Below are positions 39,776-48,783 of a DNA stretch of 64,000 nucleotides, in pieces. The stretch is taken from IMG/VR virus record IMGVR_UViG_3300025009_000052; one strand, 5' to 3'. The position numbers and the translations under genes are program-made. The notes under the pieces are model-generated. The model made no database searches, was not told the origin of the DNA, and saw only the letters and a program-made list of their open reading frames with translations. This DNA is from a virus. Numbering within the stretch: position 1 is the first letter of the stretch; every line of letters starts with the position of its first letter.

Positions 39776-39802
39776 AATAAAAAAGGGGAGCTAAGCCCCC
39801 CT
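39776..39802 (-). terminator. terminator after the major capsid gene
   Basis: GGGGGGC-TTA-GCTCCCC hairpin plus U-tract. Confidence 0.7.
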
Positions 39803-39827
39803 AAATACTTGAAATTAATAGAATCTA

Positions 39828-41216
39828 TTAACTTAATTGACCAGAAATGTTTTCAAAAAGGACGTTTTTCCTTGGCTGATAGCCCGCGAGGCATTTGAAA
39901 GAAAAGTGCGCCTCGGGCAAGCTTAAATCGTGGAGAGCAAGTTTTAATCGTGAATATGGAGCTAATTGGTGAAAACCAAAAGTATTGGTTTGGAGCAAGA
40001 AACCAGTTACAGAACCTGGCTCTTTAAAGCCCAAATCTACGAAACTAGTTGCGCCTGATCCACTAGCTTTTACTCTACCGATAAATTTAGCAGCAGCGGC
40101 AGTTCCACCATCAGCAGATCGGTATACGTTAAAATATTTACAACCGGTTACGGCAGCGATAGCTAAAGTAACTTTTTGGCCAGCAGTAGGAGATACTTGA
40201 GCAGAAGATGTAGAAACACTCTCGCCTCTTTCGTTACAAGCGGTAGCTTTATAGTAATAATCTCCAGCAGCCAAAATAGAAGCTGCATCGTTAGCTGCGG
40301 TAGGAGTTACTGTAGCAGGGGCAGCAGGTGAGCCGGCTCTACTTCTAGCAGGAGCGGTTTTACCAGAAAGAAATCTTGAAGGTTCTAAACTAATTGTACC
40401 GTTGGATGTCCATTGGGTTCTTAGGTTAGCGCCCATAGCTTCCTGAGCAGAACCAGCAAGCATGATTCTTTCTTTTGCGTGAGCAATTTTATTATAAGCA
40501 GAAAGAGAAATCGGGTCTAGCATCAATTTATCAGCAGAACCATGATTCATAGCACTTTTAACAGCTCCGTCCTCGATAAACGATTCGGTCAAAGTACCGT
40601 TAACTGCGATAACTACTGTTTGGTTTGATCCGTATTCTGCAAACATAAGGTCTTGAGTGTTAGAAAGAGAATCTGAAAGTCTAACTTGCATATCGACGCC
40701 TTGCATTCCAGGTACGTCAGCGATTACAGCAGGGTTTCCATCGAAAACACCTGAGTTAGAAAAATCAGCTTGTCCTCTAAAACCGTCAAATTCGATATCA
40801 GCAGATAGTTTTATAGCAGCGTCGTTTCCGGCTCTGGTTTCAGCTTTTTGGCCATCAAATGCGGCAACTAAATTAGCAGCAACACTTACTCTACGAACTG
40901 TAGAATAATAAGCCATAGGTATGGTGATTCTTGAATAATTAGAAGTATCCTCTTCGCCAATTCCACCCTCATACTGAGCAGATCCGCCGAAAATTCCGTA
41001 ATCTAATTGACGGTTAAATTGTACCAAAGTACCTTTTGCGTCTTTAACTGAGAACATTTTTTGCAATTTAATTTGTTTGTCGTCAAAACAAACATTTTCC
41101 ATAACTGGGGATAGATCTTCAATCTGAAGAGCCGATCCTTGTTGTAAAGAACTTGGTGCTGCGTTGTAACTACCAGCTTCCAAGGCTTTCATAAGGTCAT
41201 TCAATTGGTTTACCAT
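39828..41216 (-). CDS. major capsid protein
   Basis: DLMKALEAG...GSALQIEDL N-terminus as in Herelleviridae-like MCPs, with an inserted Ig/FN3-like segment; strongly biased codon usage. Confidence 0.85.
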   Translation of the reverse strand: MVNQLNDLMKALEAGSYNAAPSSLQQGSALQIEDLSPVMENVCFDDKQIKLQKMFSVKDAKGTLVQFNRQLDYGIFGGSAQYEGGIGEEDTSNYSRITIPMAYYSTVRRVSVAANLVAAFDGQKAETRAGNDAAIKLSADIEFDGFRGQADFSNSGVFDGNPAVIADVPGMQGVDMQVRLSDSLSNTQDLMFAEYGSNQTVVIAVNGTLTESFIEDGAVKSAMNHGSADKLMLDPISLSAYNKIAHAKERIMLAGSAQEAMGANLRTQWTSNGTISLEPSRFLSGKTAPARSRAGSPAAPATVTPTAANDAASILAAGDYYYKATACNERGESVSTSSAQVSPTAGQKVTLAIAAVTGCKYFNVYRSADGGTAAAAKFIGRVKASGSGATSFVDLGFKEPGSVTGFLLQTNTFGFHQLAPYSRLKLALHDLSLPEAHFSFKCLAGYQPRKNVLFENISGQLS

Positions 41217-41225
41217 GTAATCCTC

Positions 41226-41888
41226 CTATAAAAGATGTTTTATTAATTCAATTGATTGAGTGTTATTATAATAAGTATCAATAGCTTCTCTGTCTTTCTT
41301 CTCTAACTTTTCAGATCTGATTTTTTCACAAAGAATGTTTGAAATTTCTTTCTGACTTAATTGACTTGCATCTTTTTTAGTAGGAGCTACGGTAGCTTCA
41401 GCTTCGGTCTTTTTGATGTATTCAATTTTAGTAATTGCTTTTCTTTGTGGAGCTTCTTTCTTAATAAATTTTGTAAAAGCTTCGGTCAGTTTTTCCAAAT
41501 TTTTCTTAAGCTCAGTGTTTTCTTCTTTAAGAGACTCTATCTCAGCTTTGGCTAATTTGTCTTCTTTCTTTTCAATTTTAACTTCCTTTACTTCTTCAGT
41601 TTTATTGATAGTGTCAGATCCAAATATAGTCTTTTTAATAGCTTGATAGTGTGCGTCTTGCTCAGCTTTGCTCATTGATTGGTAGAGTTTGTCCATTTCG
41701 GCAAAATCCTCTTCGTCATAATCAAATTCACTTTCTTGTTTAGCTACTTCTTCTGTTTTTTGAACTTTAACTTCTTCAGTTTTAGGTTCTTCTATTTTAG
41801 CCTCTTGTTCGGCTTTAGCTAAAGATTCAGCAAATTGAGTTTCTACCTCACTAATGAGAGCTGCCATTTCTTGTTCTGAATATTTCAC
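41226..41888 (-). CDS. putative scaffold protein
   Basis: E/K-rich helical protein directly upstream of the MCP, with many xK[AT]E motifs. Confidence 0.65.
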   Translation of the reverse strand: MKYSEQEMAALISEVETQFAESLAKAEQEAKIEEPKTEEVKVQKTEEVAKQESEFDYDEEDFAEMDKLYQSMSKAEQDAHYQAIKKTIFGSDTINKTEEVKEVKIEKKEDKLAKAEIESLKEENTELKKNLEKLTEAFTKFIKKEAPQRKAITKIEYIKKTEAEATVAPTKKDASQLSQKEISNILCEKIRSEKLEKKDREAIDTYYNNTQSIELIKHLL

Positions 41889-41921
41889 GGGCGACTCCTT
41901 TGTTAAAAGTTAATGGGTAGA

Positions 41922-42308
41922 TTACATTCCTTTAGTTGGCCACTGAATATCGGCTTCAACTTCAGTAGCGGCGGCAACTTTGGCATCTGCTAATGTAGCA
42001 TCTGTAGAAACATACATTTTAATACCAAGTTTTACGACTTCGGCATAAATTTTTGCCAAAACACCAGCATCAATTCCATTATCATAAGCAAGAACTAACT
42101 TATGGGGTGCGAAAGCAATGAGGTCTTGGCCGAAGATATCTTTGCTCACATTATTGACAGCTTCGATTTGAATGTAGGCTTGATCTGTGTTAATTGTTAA
42201 TTCTGGCCATGCATTAGCATCTTTTGATTCAACGATTGTCATGCCTCGAATTACCAACTTGTCTTTAAGATCTCTTGCCCAAGCATAAGCTTTAGCGGTA
42301 CTTTTCAT
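41922..42308 (-). CDS. putative head (decoration) protein
   Basis: First gene of the capsid operon; AGGAG RBS before MKSTAK. Confidence 0.55.
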   Translation of the reverse strand: MKSTAKAYAWARDLKDKLVIRGMTIVESKDANAWPELTINTDQAYIQIEAVNNVSKDIFGQDLIAFAPHKLVLAYDNGIDAGVLAKIYAEVVKLGIKMYVSTDATLADAKVAAATEVEADIQWPTKGM

Positions 42309-42495
42309 ACTTGACTCCTTTATAAAAAGTTGATTAATATACAAGAAATTGTATATTTGTTTACAATATATTACTGATTACCATTTTTGTTAATAATTAA
42401 ACAATTTCAAGTAGTTATAAGTAATAAATGAAATGAGACTAGTTGTGATTTCAATAAATTGCGACGTGAAAATAGGTAATGACAATCTTTAATCT

Positions 42496-42730
42496 ATGAA
42501 ATGTCAAGAAATAGATGGGAAAATATATAAAATCACTAATATGATTAATGGAAAGATCTAATGGGGGAAGTTCTGTGTTTGCTAAAAACATCGAAACCGG
42601 TAAAACAATAGAGTTTGAATCGGTCGCATATTGTTCTAGGGTTTTAAACATCAGGACTTCAGATATATATGGTTGTATTTCTGGTAGACAAAAGACGGCT
42701 AAAAAATATTCTTTTATAAAAAATATATAA
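42496..42730 (+). pseudogene. internally deleted GIY-YIG/NUMOD1 homing endonuclease remnant
   Basis: 42496-42561 reads MKCQEIDGKIYKITNMINGKI* (GIY-YIG start), joined out of frame to a NUMOD1-like C-terminus (ETGKTIEFESVAYCSRVL..I..C..G..KTA). Confidence 0.75.
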
Positions 42731-42743
42731 TAAGAGGAAAACA

Positions 42744-43898
42744 ATGGATACTTTATTAGGTACTTATTTGCATGGCATTGGGTCTACTACCGATTTGGAT
42801 TCAAGTGGTGAAAGAGTTAAAATAGAAGGAATTGATATATCTTCAGCTACACAGGATGGAACGATAAACTTTGAGCATAAGTCCGAAGAGCCATCGCAGA
42901 TTGTTGGGAAGATCCTTGAGGTTAAAAAAATATTGAAAAAAGACGATTGTGAAAATGAACACCATGAGTATTTTTGGAAAAAAGCCGGTGAAAGGCCCTA
43001 TCTATATGTTGCAGGAGTATTGTTCGACAAGTTCAATCACCCCGGAGCTATCAGTATAGCAGCTATGTTAAAGTTCGATCAGTTAACTGATAAGAAAAAT
43101 ACCAAACATGTTGTTAATTTTAGTATTGAAGGTTCTAGACTAGATAAGAAAGGTATTTGGATAGAAAAATGTATAATGAGAAAAATAACTGTAACCACCG
43201 CTGCATGTAATAAAATGTGTATAGCGGAATTACTAGAGAAACCGTCAAAAACCAAACTTATATCGAAAGAGTCATTATTTGACATTTTTAAGAAATGTGA
43301 GGAAGTGGAAAGTAATTTAAACAAATCCGACACTCAACCCAAATTTAAAAGTAAACTATCGTTTAAACTAAAGCCAACAATTTCACCTAAAGAAAATTTT
43401 AAGCCACTAACCCCTATGTCTACCCCGGCAAAAGAGGGCAAACCTATAATACCTAAAAGAACAATATCCTCTCAATCAAATAAAGAATGGAAGTTAGGAG
43501 ACAGGATAGTTCCGTCAAAAACCACTAAACCAAAAACTGGTAAGGATATTTATAGTAATCCTAATACTTGGAAATCTGAAGGAAAAAAGAAAAAATTCTA
43601 TATGTCTAATATTCAAAAGGCCTTAATAGCTAGCTGTAGTGACTCTGCCCCATCTAACTTAACAGGTATGTCGGCTCTAACTAAAGAATGTTTCGGTAAA
43701 AAACAACTTGATAAAATTTTTAAAACACTGTCAGACAGTGCTTTTGAAAGGTTGGACAAAAAAGAAGATTTAGTTAAGTTTATTTCGGAAAAGTTACCAA
43801 AACTTAATGAAAACGAGGTTTTAGCTATCGCTAAGGCTGTAGCCTATATTAAGGAAAAAAAGAACGAATTGAAATTATCCGAAATGATTAAGGAATAA
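42744..43898 (+). CDS. prohead (capsid maturation) protease
   Basis: GIGST..LDSSGERV, NFEH, FSIEG, ITVT...CN; divergent from the capsid operon. Confidence 0.8.
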   Translation: MDTLLGTYLHGIGSTTDLDSSGERVKIEGIDISSATQDGTINFEHKSEEPSQIVGKILEVKKILKKDDCENEHHEYFWKKAGERPYLYVAGVLFDKFNHPGAISIAAMLKFDQLTDKKNTKHVVNFSIEGSRLDKKGIWIEKCIMRKITVTTAACNKMCIAELLEKPSKTKLISKESLFDIFKKCEEVESNLNKSDTQPKFKSKLSFKLKPTISPKENFKPLTPMSTPAKEGKPIIPKRTISSQSNKEWKLGDRIVPSKTTKPKTGKDIYSNPNTWKSEGKKKKFYMSNIQKALIASCSDSAPSNLTGMSALTKECFGKKQLDKIFKTLSDSAFERLDKKEDLVKFISEKLPKLNENEVLAIAKAVAYIKEKKNELKLSEMIKE

Positions 43899-43900
43899 TT

Positions 43901-44302
43901 ATGGCTAAGGAAGGAAGGGATTCTAATCGAGTTGCTGCTATTTTAATTAGAGACTGTCTGGACAATATATTAATGGGCCAAAGGAACGATGGTAGTGGTT
44001 GGGCTAATCCTGGCGGTCATTTGAAAGTTGGCGAACAGTATTTTGAAGGAGCGCTAAGGGAACTTAAAGAAGAAACTGGGCTAGACGCTGTTGAGTTAAA
44101 ACTAATTAAAATGCATAAATACGGGAAAATATTGGTTTATTTGTTTGAAGCTAAAGTTGGTATAGAACAAGATATAGACACATCTGGTGACCCGGATAAA
44201 GAATTTTCCACCCTAAAATACTGTGACCCTAACGATATTAAAGAAGATCTACACGTTCCTTTAGAAAGGAATGCTGTTATGCAATATTGGATGGAGAGTT
44301 AA
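43901..44302 (+). CDS. NUDIX hydrolase
   Basis: GGHLKVGEQYFEGALRELKEETGL Nudix box. Confidence 0.95.
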   Translation: MAKEGRDSNRVAAILIRDCLDNILMGQRNDGSGWANPGGHLKVGEQYFEGALRELKEETGLDAVELKLIKMHKYGKILVYLFEAKVGIEQDIDTSGDPDKEFSTLKYCDPNDIKEDLHVPLERNAVMQYWMES

Positions 44303-44475
44303 TTACAACAAAGTTCAATACCCTTCTCATCGTCATTAAGTAATCTTAGAAACGCCTCTTCATATTCTTCTTTTACACAATAACTAATATCTATATAGTG
44401 TATTTCCTTGTCCAAAACATTGTCGGGCAGATCATTCAGTATTTTTACAAGATCCCTTAATGTTGCAAATTTCAT
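44299..44475 (-). CDS. small hypothetical protein
   Basis: Likely start MKFATL after GGAG. Confidence 0.55.
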   Translation of the reverse strand: MKFATLRDLVKILNDLPDNVLDKEIHYIDISYCVKEEYEEAFLRLLNDDEKGIELCCN

Positions 44476-44476
44476 A

Positions 44477-44758
44477 TTAATAGTCTCCCCAATTATAAGA
44501 ATCAATACCTTTTAACTTACCACTTTCGGTAAATCTAAATACAGTAGTTGCATCGTCACAGTTGTTATTTTCGACTATAGTTAATATGATTTCAGTTACT
44601 GTGTTGGCTGGATATACAGTATCTTGCGTCCAATATCCATTGGTAGATATATAGGGCGCCGAGCATATTGCAGAATGCTCAACGGTTTTGTTTTCGATTA
44701 TGAATTGAATATTTCTTTGATTGAATAGATTTTTTAATATTTCTAAGTCAGTTTTCAT
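44477..44758 (-). CDS. hypothetical protein, paralog of 45357-45638
   Basis: Shared D L..L.....R.I.F, GYW, TTVF.FTE.G.L..I.SYN.GDY. Confidence 0.75.
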   Translation of the reverse strand: MKTDLEILKNLFNQRNIQFIIENKTVEHSAICSAPYISTNGYWTQDTVYPANTVTEIILTIVENNNCDDATTVFRFTESGKLKGIDSYNWGDY

Positions 44759-44997
44759 GGTGACTCCTTATTTTTTTCTAACTTATCTATATCTAGGTAT
44801 CCTCCATCTTCTGGATTATCCCAGTAAGCCATTTTAAAAGACATTAGATAAAATCCCATTTTTTCTTCTACCTCAATACATTCTGATATTAGATCAGTTA
44901 ACATTTCTTCTAACCCACCGTGTTCCTCGTCATCTGGAAATTTTTCACACAATACCCATCTTCCGTCTATTCCGACGAAAACCTTTAGTTTCTTCAT
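44755..44997 (-). CDS. small acidic hypothetical protein
   Basis: Likely start MKKLKV after AGGAG. Confidence 0.6.
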   Translation of the reverse strand: MKKLKVFVGIDGRWVLCEKFPDDEEHGGLEEMLTDLISECIEVEEKMGFYLMSFKMAYWDNPEDGGYLDIDKLEKNKESP

Positions 44998-45152
44998 CTT
45001 ATTCGCTCTCCTTTGATTCCCATGCACTTACCAAATAACCATGGTGCGAACCCCTTAGGTGTTATTAAATGTACGGGTAATTTAAGGTATTCCCCTAATA
45101 GTTCCGTAGTGTTCCAAATAAAACAATATATATTATTTATAGGGAGATACAT
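44994..45152 (-). CDS. 52-aa hypothetical protein (not in ORF track)
   Basis: MYLPINNIYCFIWNTTELLGEYL...GERIR; coupled to neighbours at both ends. Confidence 0.55.
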   Translation of the reverse strand: MYLPINNIYCFIWNTTELLGEYLKLPVHLITPKGFAPWLFGKCMGIKGERIR

Positions 45153-45355
45153 TATAACTCCTTGGTGTAAATATTATAAAAACCATTGGTGATTTCGGTA
45201 ACTTGTATTTTTCTAAATTTTCCCCTTATTATGCAGATATCGGAATAACGCTCAAAAATTATCATCAGCTCACACCTTGTTACAGTGGTATTAAACGAAG
45301 GGATAGAGCATAGGTTTCTATATATTCTGTCTGCTGGAGTTTCACATTCTTTCAT
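45152..45355 (-). CDS. hypothetical protein
   Basis: 67 aa, in operon. Confidence 0.6.
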   Translation of the reverse strand: MKECETPADRIYRNLCSIPSFNTTVTRCELMIIFERYSDICIIRGKFRKIQVTEITNGFYNIYTKEL

Positions 45356-45356
45356 T

Positions 45357-45638
45357 TTAGTAATCTCCGTAATTATACGAGCTAATATTTATTAAACCAC
45401 CGTCTTCGGTGAAATTAAATACCGTAGTACACCCACAATCTAAAGTATCTAGGGTGGCAATGGTCAGCACTATCTGTCGGTAATTCCTTTCTGGCTCTAT
45501 TTCCTCTGATTTCCAATAACCGTCTTTTACGTAGTGTTTATGTACAGGCGGAATCGTTACCGTTTGGTTGCCCAATGTAAAGGCAATTCCTCTTTTGTTA
45601 AGCATCTCCCTTAATACCATTAAGTCGTCGGTTCCCAT
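45357..45638 (-). CDS. hypothetical protein, paralog of 44477-44758
   Basis: See paralog. Confidence 0.75.
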   Translation of the reverse strand: MGTDDLMVLREMLNKRGIAFTLGNQTVTIPPVHKHYVKDGYWKSEEIEPERNYRQIVLTIATLDTLDCGCTTVFNFTEDGGLINISSYNYGDY

Positions 45639-45647
45639 AGTAACTCC

Positions 45648-45941
45648 TTATAAATCAAAGCCTTGTTTTTCCGCTTCAGTTTTACTGAGCGAGCCTTTTG
45701 ACTCAGATTCTTTCTTTGTACGGTCGTAGTCTATCTTTTTATACTCTACAAAAGTTCCAGTAGGTTGTGATATTTTATATACCAACTTAGTAGCAGGATC
45801 TTGAAAATACGTTCCAATGCCAATTTGTTCCATTAGTTGATTCAATTCTGGATTGATCTTTTTCATCTCTTCCTTCAATTGCTCATATCTTTGGCTAAGT
45901 TCTAAAAATTTCTTTTGGGTTTCGGTCAATAAGTTACTCAT
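45648..45941 (-). CDS. hypothetical early protein
   Basis: Start MSNLLTE after AAGGAG and a sigma70 promoter. Confidence 0.7.
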   Translation of the reverse strand: MSNLLTETQKKFLELSQRYEQLKEEMKKINPELNQLMEQIGIGTYFQDPATKLVYKISQPTGTFVEYKKIDYDRTKKESESKGSLSKTEAEKQGFDL

Positions 45942-45967
45942 TTTTAACTCCTTTATTGTGTTAATTA

Positions 45968-45996
45968 AATATACCACAAGGCGCAGTTCAAGTCAA
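45968..45996 (-). promoter_or_regulatory. sigma70 promoter TTGACT-17-TATATT
   Basis: Shares the downstream TGGTATATTTAATTAAC sequence with the elements at ~47610 and ~12530. Confidence 0.75.
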
Positions 45997-45998
45997 TA

Positions 45999-46187
45999 TT
46001 ATTGTTCCAAAGAACTATCTTTGTAAATATCTAAAATCATTGAATCTATCACTTTTATTGTCCAAGTAACTACCTTATGGACTACAGATAGTTTTTTGTA
46101 ATAATCACTACAATGTATCTTGTCGCCACAAAGTTCTATTTCCATCAACTGTTTTTGCTTGACTAAAGAATGTTTTACAGATTCCAT
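45999..46187 (-). CDS. hypothetical protein
   Basis: Likely start MESVKH after GAGG. Confidence 0.55.
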   Translation of the reverse strand: MESVKHSLVKQKQLMEIELCGDKIHCSDYYKKLSVVHKVVTWTIKVIDSMILDIYKDSSLEQ

Positions 46188-46192
46188 ATTGA

Positions 46193-46321
46193 TTACCTCG
46201 CACCTGCAAACCACTTAATTCCTTCTAGCGCATTTTGATAGTCTAGCTTAAGGAATTGAATTATGGCGACCACAAAGATAGTTAAGAAAAATAGAAAAAA
46301 TAGTTTATCAAATTTATTCAT
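46193..46321 (-). CDS. 42-aa single-pass membrane protein (not in ORF track)
   Basis: MNKFDKLFFLFFLTIFVVAIIQFLKL...; AGGAG RBS. Confidence 0.6.
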   Translation of the reverse strand: MNKFDKLFFLFFLTIFVVAIIQFLKLDYQNALEGIKWFAGAR

Positions 46322-46330
46322 ATAAGTCTC

Positions 46331-46585
46331 CTAAGTTGTCTGTTTACCGCAATTATAAGCAATCCTAGCCAATTCTACTAGGTTAAAATATTCTTTAAAA
46401 ACACTATACATATCGTATCTATTTCTACTTTGACTATTATAATTAGCCATTATAAATACCTTATCGGTCATCTCTCTTGGCCAAGTTTCTATATCAAAAT
46501 AATCCTCAACAACAAACCTGAATAGAGATGGGCTATTGTCGAATTCTCCATCTTTACAATTTTGTATTATTCTTTTAGTATCCAC
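46331..46585 (-). CDS. hypothetical protein
   Basis: 84 aa, GTG start after GAGG. Confidence 0.6.
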   Translation of the reverse strand: MDTKRIIQNCKDGEFDNSPSLFRFVVEDYFDIETWPREMTDKVFIMANYNSQSRNRYDMYSVFKEYFNLVELARIAYNCGKQTT

Positions 46586-46586
46586 A

Positions 46587-47582
46587 TTAAACCTCGCCCT
46601 CTACAAAAACCTTTCTGCACCTTACTTTTGTAATACACTTACTGTAAATTACCATGTCTTTTACTTTTACCCTACACTTCAACAACTTACCCTGATTGTA
46701 GTTAAGTGCTAATTCTGGGGTTGGAGATAAGTGCAAGCCACCGCCACATTCTCTGTTTTTATCTGGGTCAAAATCTGGGCAATCAATTGTTTTACCAATT
46801 TCATATTTAATTTTACCTGTTTTAAAGTCTGTTAGGTTAGTTGGGCTAACCGATTTATAGAGAATTATTTCACCGTCTACTACGTTTTCTGGGTAAACCT
46901 CTTTAAAGGTTTTTAAATTATGCTCTACTTGTTTTTGTCTAACGACAGTAACCGTTTTTACTTTTTTAAATTTAATATTTTGTCGTAATATTATTACAGA
47001 GTTTAAACTAGCTTCTAGTTTAACAGATGTTGATTCTACGGTAATAATACTCATTTCGGTAGCTGTAACCGTTGAGTTATCGCAAGCTCTAACCGTTGAG
47101 TTACCGTAAGCTGTAACCGTTGAGTTACCGTAAGCTGTAACCGTTGAGTTACCGTAAGCTGTAACCGTTGAGTTACCGTAAGCTGTAACCGTTGAGTTAC
47201 CGTAAGCTGTAACCGTTGAGTTATCGCAAGCTCTAACCGTTGAGTTACCGTAAGCTGTAACCGTTGAGTTACCGTAAGCTGTAACCGTTGAGTTACCGTA
47301 AGCTGTAACCGTTGAGTTATCGCAAGCTCTAACCGTTGAGTTATCGCAAGCTCTAACCGTTGAGTTACCGTAAGCTGTAACCGTTGAGTTATCGTAAGCT
47401 GTAACCGTTGAGTTATCGCAAGCTCTAACCGTTGAGTTACCGTAAGCTGTAACCGTTGAGTTATCGCAAGCTTTTCTGATTTCAATAACTTCTGAGCTTC
47501 TAATCTCTATTTCAGTAAATTCTTTGAAAGTTAAGGGTAAATTGTCTAAGTCTTTTTGTGTTTTAATCGTAATTATTTTCAT
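46587..47582 (-). CDS. octapeptide-repeat (beta-solenoid) protein with conserved phage C-terminal domain
   Basis: 17 x A[CY][DG]NSTV[TR]; C-terminal YK...Y.IG....ECGGGLH...K.RC. Confidence 0.8.
   Translation of the reverse strand: MKIITIKTQKDLDNLPLTFKEFTEIEIRSSEVIEIRKACDNSTVTAYGNSTVRACDNSTVTAYDNSTVTAYGNSTVRACDNSTVRACDNSTVTAYGNSTVTAYGNSTVTAYGNSTVRACDNSTVTAYGNSTVTAYGNSTVTAYGNSTVTAYGNSTVTAYGNSTVRACDNSTVTATEMSIITVESTSVKLEASLNSVIILRQNIKFKKVKTVTVVRQKQVEHNLKTFKEVYPENVVDGEIILYKSVSPTNLTDFKTGKIKYEIGKTIDCPDFDPDKNRECGGGLHLSPTPELALNYNQGKLLKCRVKVKDMVIYSKCITKVRCRKVFVEGEV
47061..47468. repeat. 17 tandem copies of a 24-bp coding repeat
   Basis: Unit AGCT[GC]TAACCGTTGAGTTA[CT]CG[TC]A. Confidence 0.97.
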
Positions 47583-47609
47583 TTTAATTCTCCTTTTATG
47601 TGTTAATTA

Positions 47610-47638
47610 AATATACCATACCTCATTTAATATTGCAA
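47610..47638 (-). promoter_or_regulatory. sigma70 promoter TTGCAA-17-TATATT
   Basis: Near consensus with TG extension. Confidence 0.7.
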
Positions 47639-47715
47639 GTAAATAATAATCTATATGTTATCAACAGGATAGTCCTCAGATTAACTGAGCGTCCATTTTT
47701 CCACAGGAGGAAAAA

Positions 47716-48120
47716 ATGAGTCTATCAAGAGAAGCAAGAGACATTCTAATTGTAGCAATGGCCAATAGAGCCAAGGCTAATGAAGTAGCGGATGCAATTG
47801 ACGCCGCTTCAGTCGCAAGTGTAGCTACTGTAGTAGCTGCTATTAGTTCTACCAACATGACCGCCGCTGTAGTTGCTGCAACTACCTTTACAGCATCTGC
47901 TGGTACATTTGTTAATGCCGCTGAGCCAACTGGTGCCGAAATAGACACCGCCATTGACGAAGCTACCGCTAAGGTAAAAGCCGTAGTTGATATTAAGGCT
48001 GATAATGCAGATTTAGAAACCCTTAGAACAGAGGCCGAAGGAAGACTAGACGCTATTGAAACCAAAATCAATGCTGTTTTAACTTCGTTAAAAGCTGCTG
48101 GAGTTATGGCGTCTGCATAG
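47716..48120 (+). CDS. Ala-rich virion (head fibre/decoration-like) protein
   Basis: C-terminal KINAVLTSLKAAGVMA typical of head fibres; strong RBS; own terminator. Confidence 0.6.
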   Translation: MSLSREARDILIVAMANRAKANEVADAIDAASVASVATVVAAISSTNMTAAVVAATTFTASAGTFVNAAEPTGAEIDTAIDEATAKVKAVVDIKADNADLETLRTEAEGRLDAIETKINAVLTSLKAAGVMASA

Positions 48121-48153
48121 TATTTAATAATTTCAAGTATTTAGGTTGTAGGG

Positions 48154-48182
48154 AAGCCCTTCTAAATGGAGGGCTTTATTTT
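48154..48182 (+). terminator. intrinsic terminator
   Basis: AAGCCCTTC/GGAGGGCTT hairpin plus U-rich tail. Confidence 0.65.
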
Positions 48183-48742
48183 AGTAATTTCAGTATTTTA
48201 CTATGAACATCTAAGGCTTTTTCTTCACAAAAGACTTCCATATGCTCTATGTTAATCCCACTACTTAATATGTGAGAATTAACAATTTTATACATATCCA
48301 TTATTGTTTTCTGTTCTTGAAAGTCCCAAAACAATATATTAGGGATTATAGAGTGTCGTCCCAATAAATTTACCCGACATGTTTTCAGATTATTAGGTAA
48401 CAATACTAAATGTAATGATTGAAACTCATGAAGTAAAACCCTGTATCTATATAGACAATCTTTGTATTTTTCTAAAACCATTTGGTCAGTACTTCCTTGA
48501 GTTAAGTCGTAAATCATTGATTTTATAAAAGTCTTGTCCCACAAAACAATTAAGTCAGGATGTATAGATAATAAATCACGAATCAAAATATAATCCTGGA
48601 TAGATTCGTTAATTTCTCCATGGCCAAAAACCATTACTTTGTATCCTGATTTTTGCAATTCTAATCGCAATAATCGAATTTGAGTAGAGACACCAACCCC
48701 GCTCAGCCCGTCAATGGAAATTAGCCTTTCATTAATCTTCAT
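48176..48742 (-). CDS. thymidylate-kinase-like protein with degenerate P-loop
   Basis: LISIDGLSGVGVSTQ..LL, VLWDK; the P-loop Lys is replaced by Val. Confidence 0.6.
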   Translation of the reverse strand: MKINERLISIDGLSGVGVSTQIRLLRLELQKSGYKVMVFGHGEINESIQDYILIRDLLSIHPDLIVLWDKTFIKSMIYDLTQGSTDQMVLEKYKDCLYRYRVLLHEFQSLHLVLLPNNLKTCRVNLLGRHSIIPNILFWDFQEQKTIMDMYKIVNSHILSSGINIEHMEVFCEEKALDVHSKILKLLK

Positions 48743-48775
48743 ACTTTATATTACCACAATTTACCCTAAAAAGAC

Positions 48776-48783
48776 AATCTTTA
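48776..48783 (+). promoter_or_regulatory. candidate late promoter AATCTTTA
   Basis: Upstream of the neck operon. Confidence 0.55.

Noticed and set aside
47061-47468. 24-bp repeats as a CRISPR array
   Set aside because: Units are contiguous with no unique spacers, are in frame inside a gene, and no cas genes are present
47051-47485. Alternative-frame ORF (LAITQRLQ repeats)
   Set aside because: Stays open only because the repeat has no stop in that frame; no RBS
47665-47695. Hairpin CTCAG-ATTAA-CTGAG in the leader of 47716 as an ncRNA
   Set aside because: Only a 5-bp stem; not enough evidence beyond an ordinary 5' UTR hairpin
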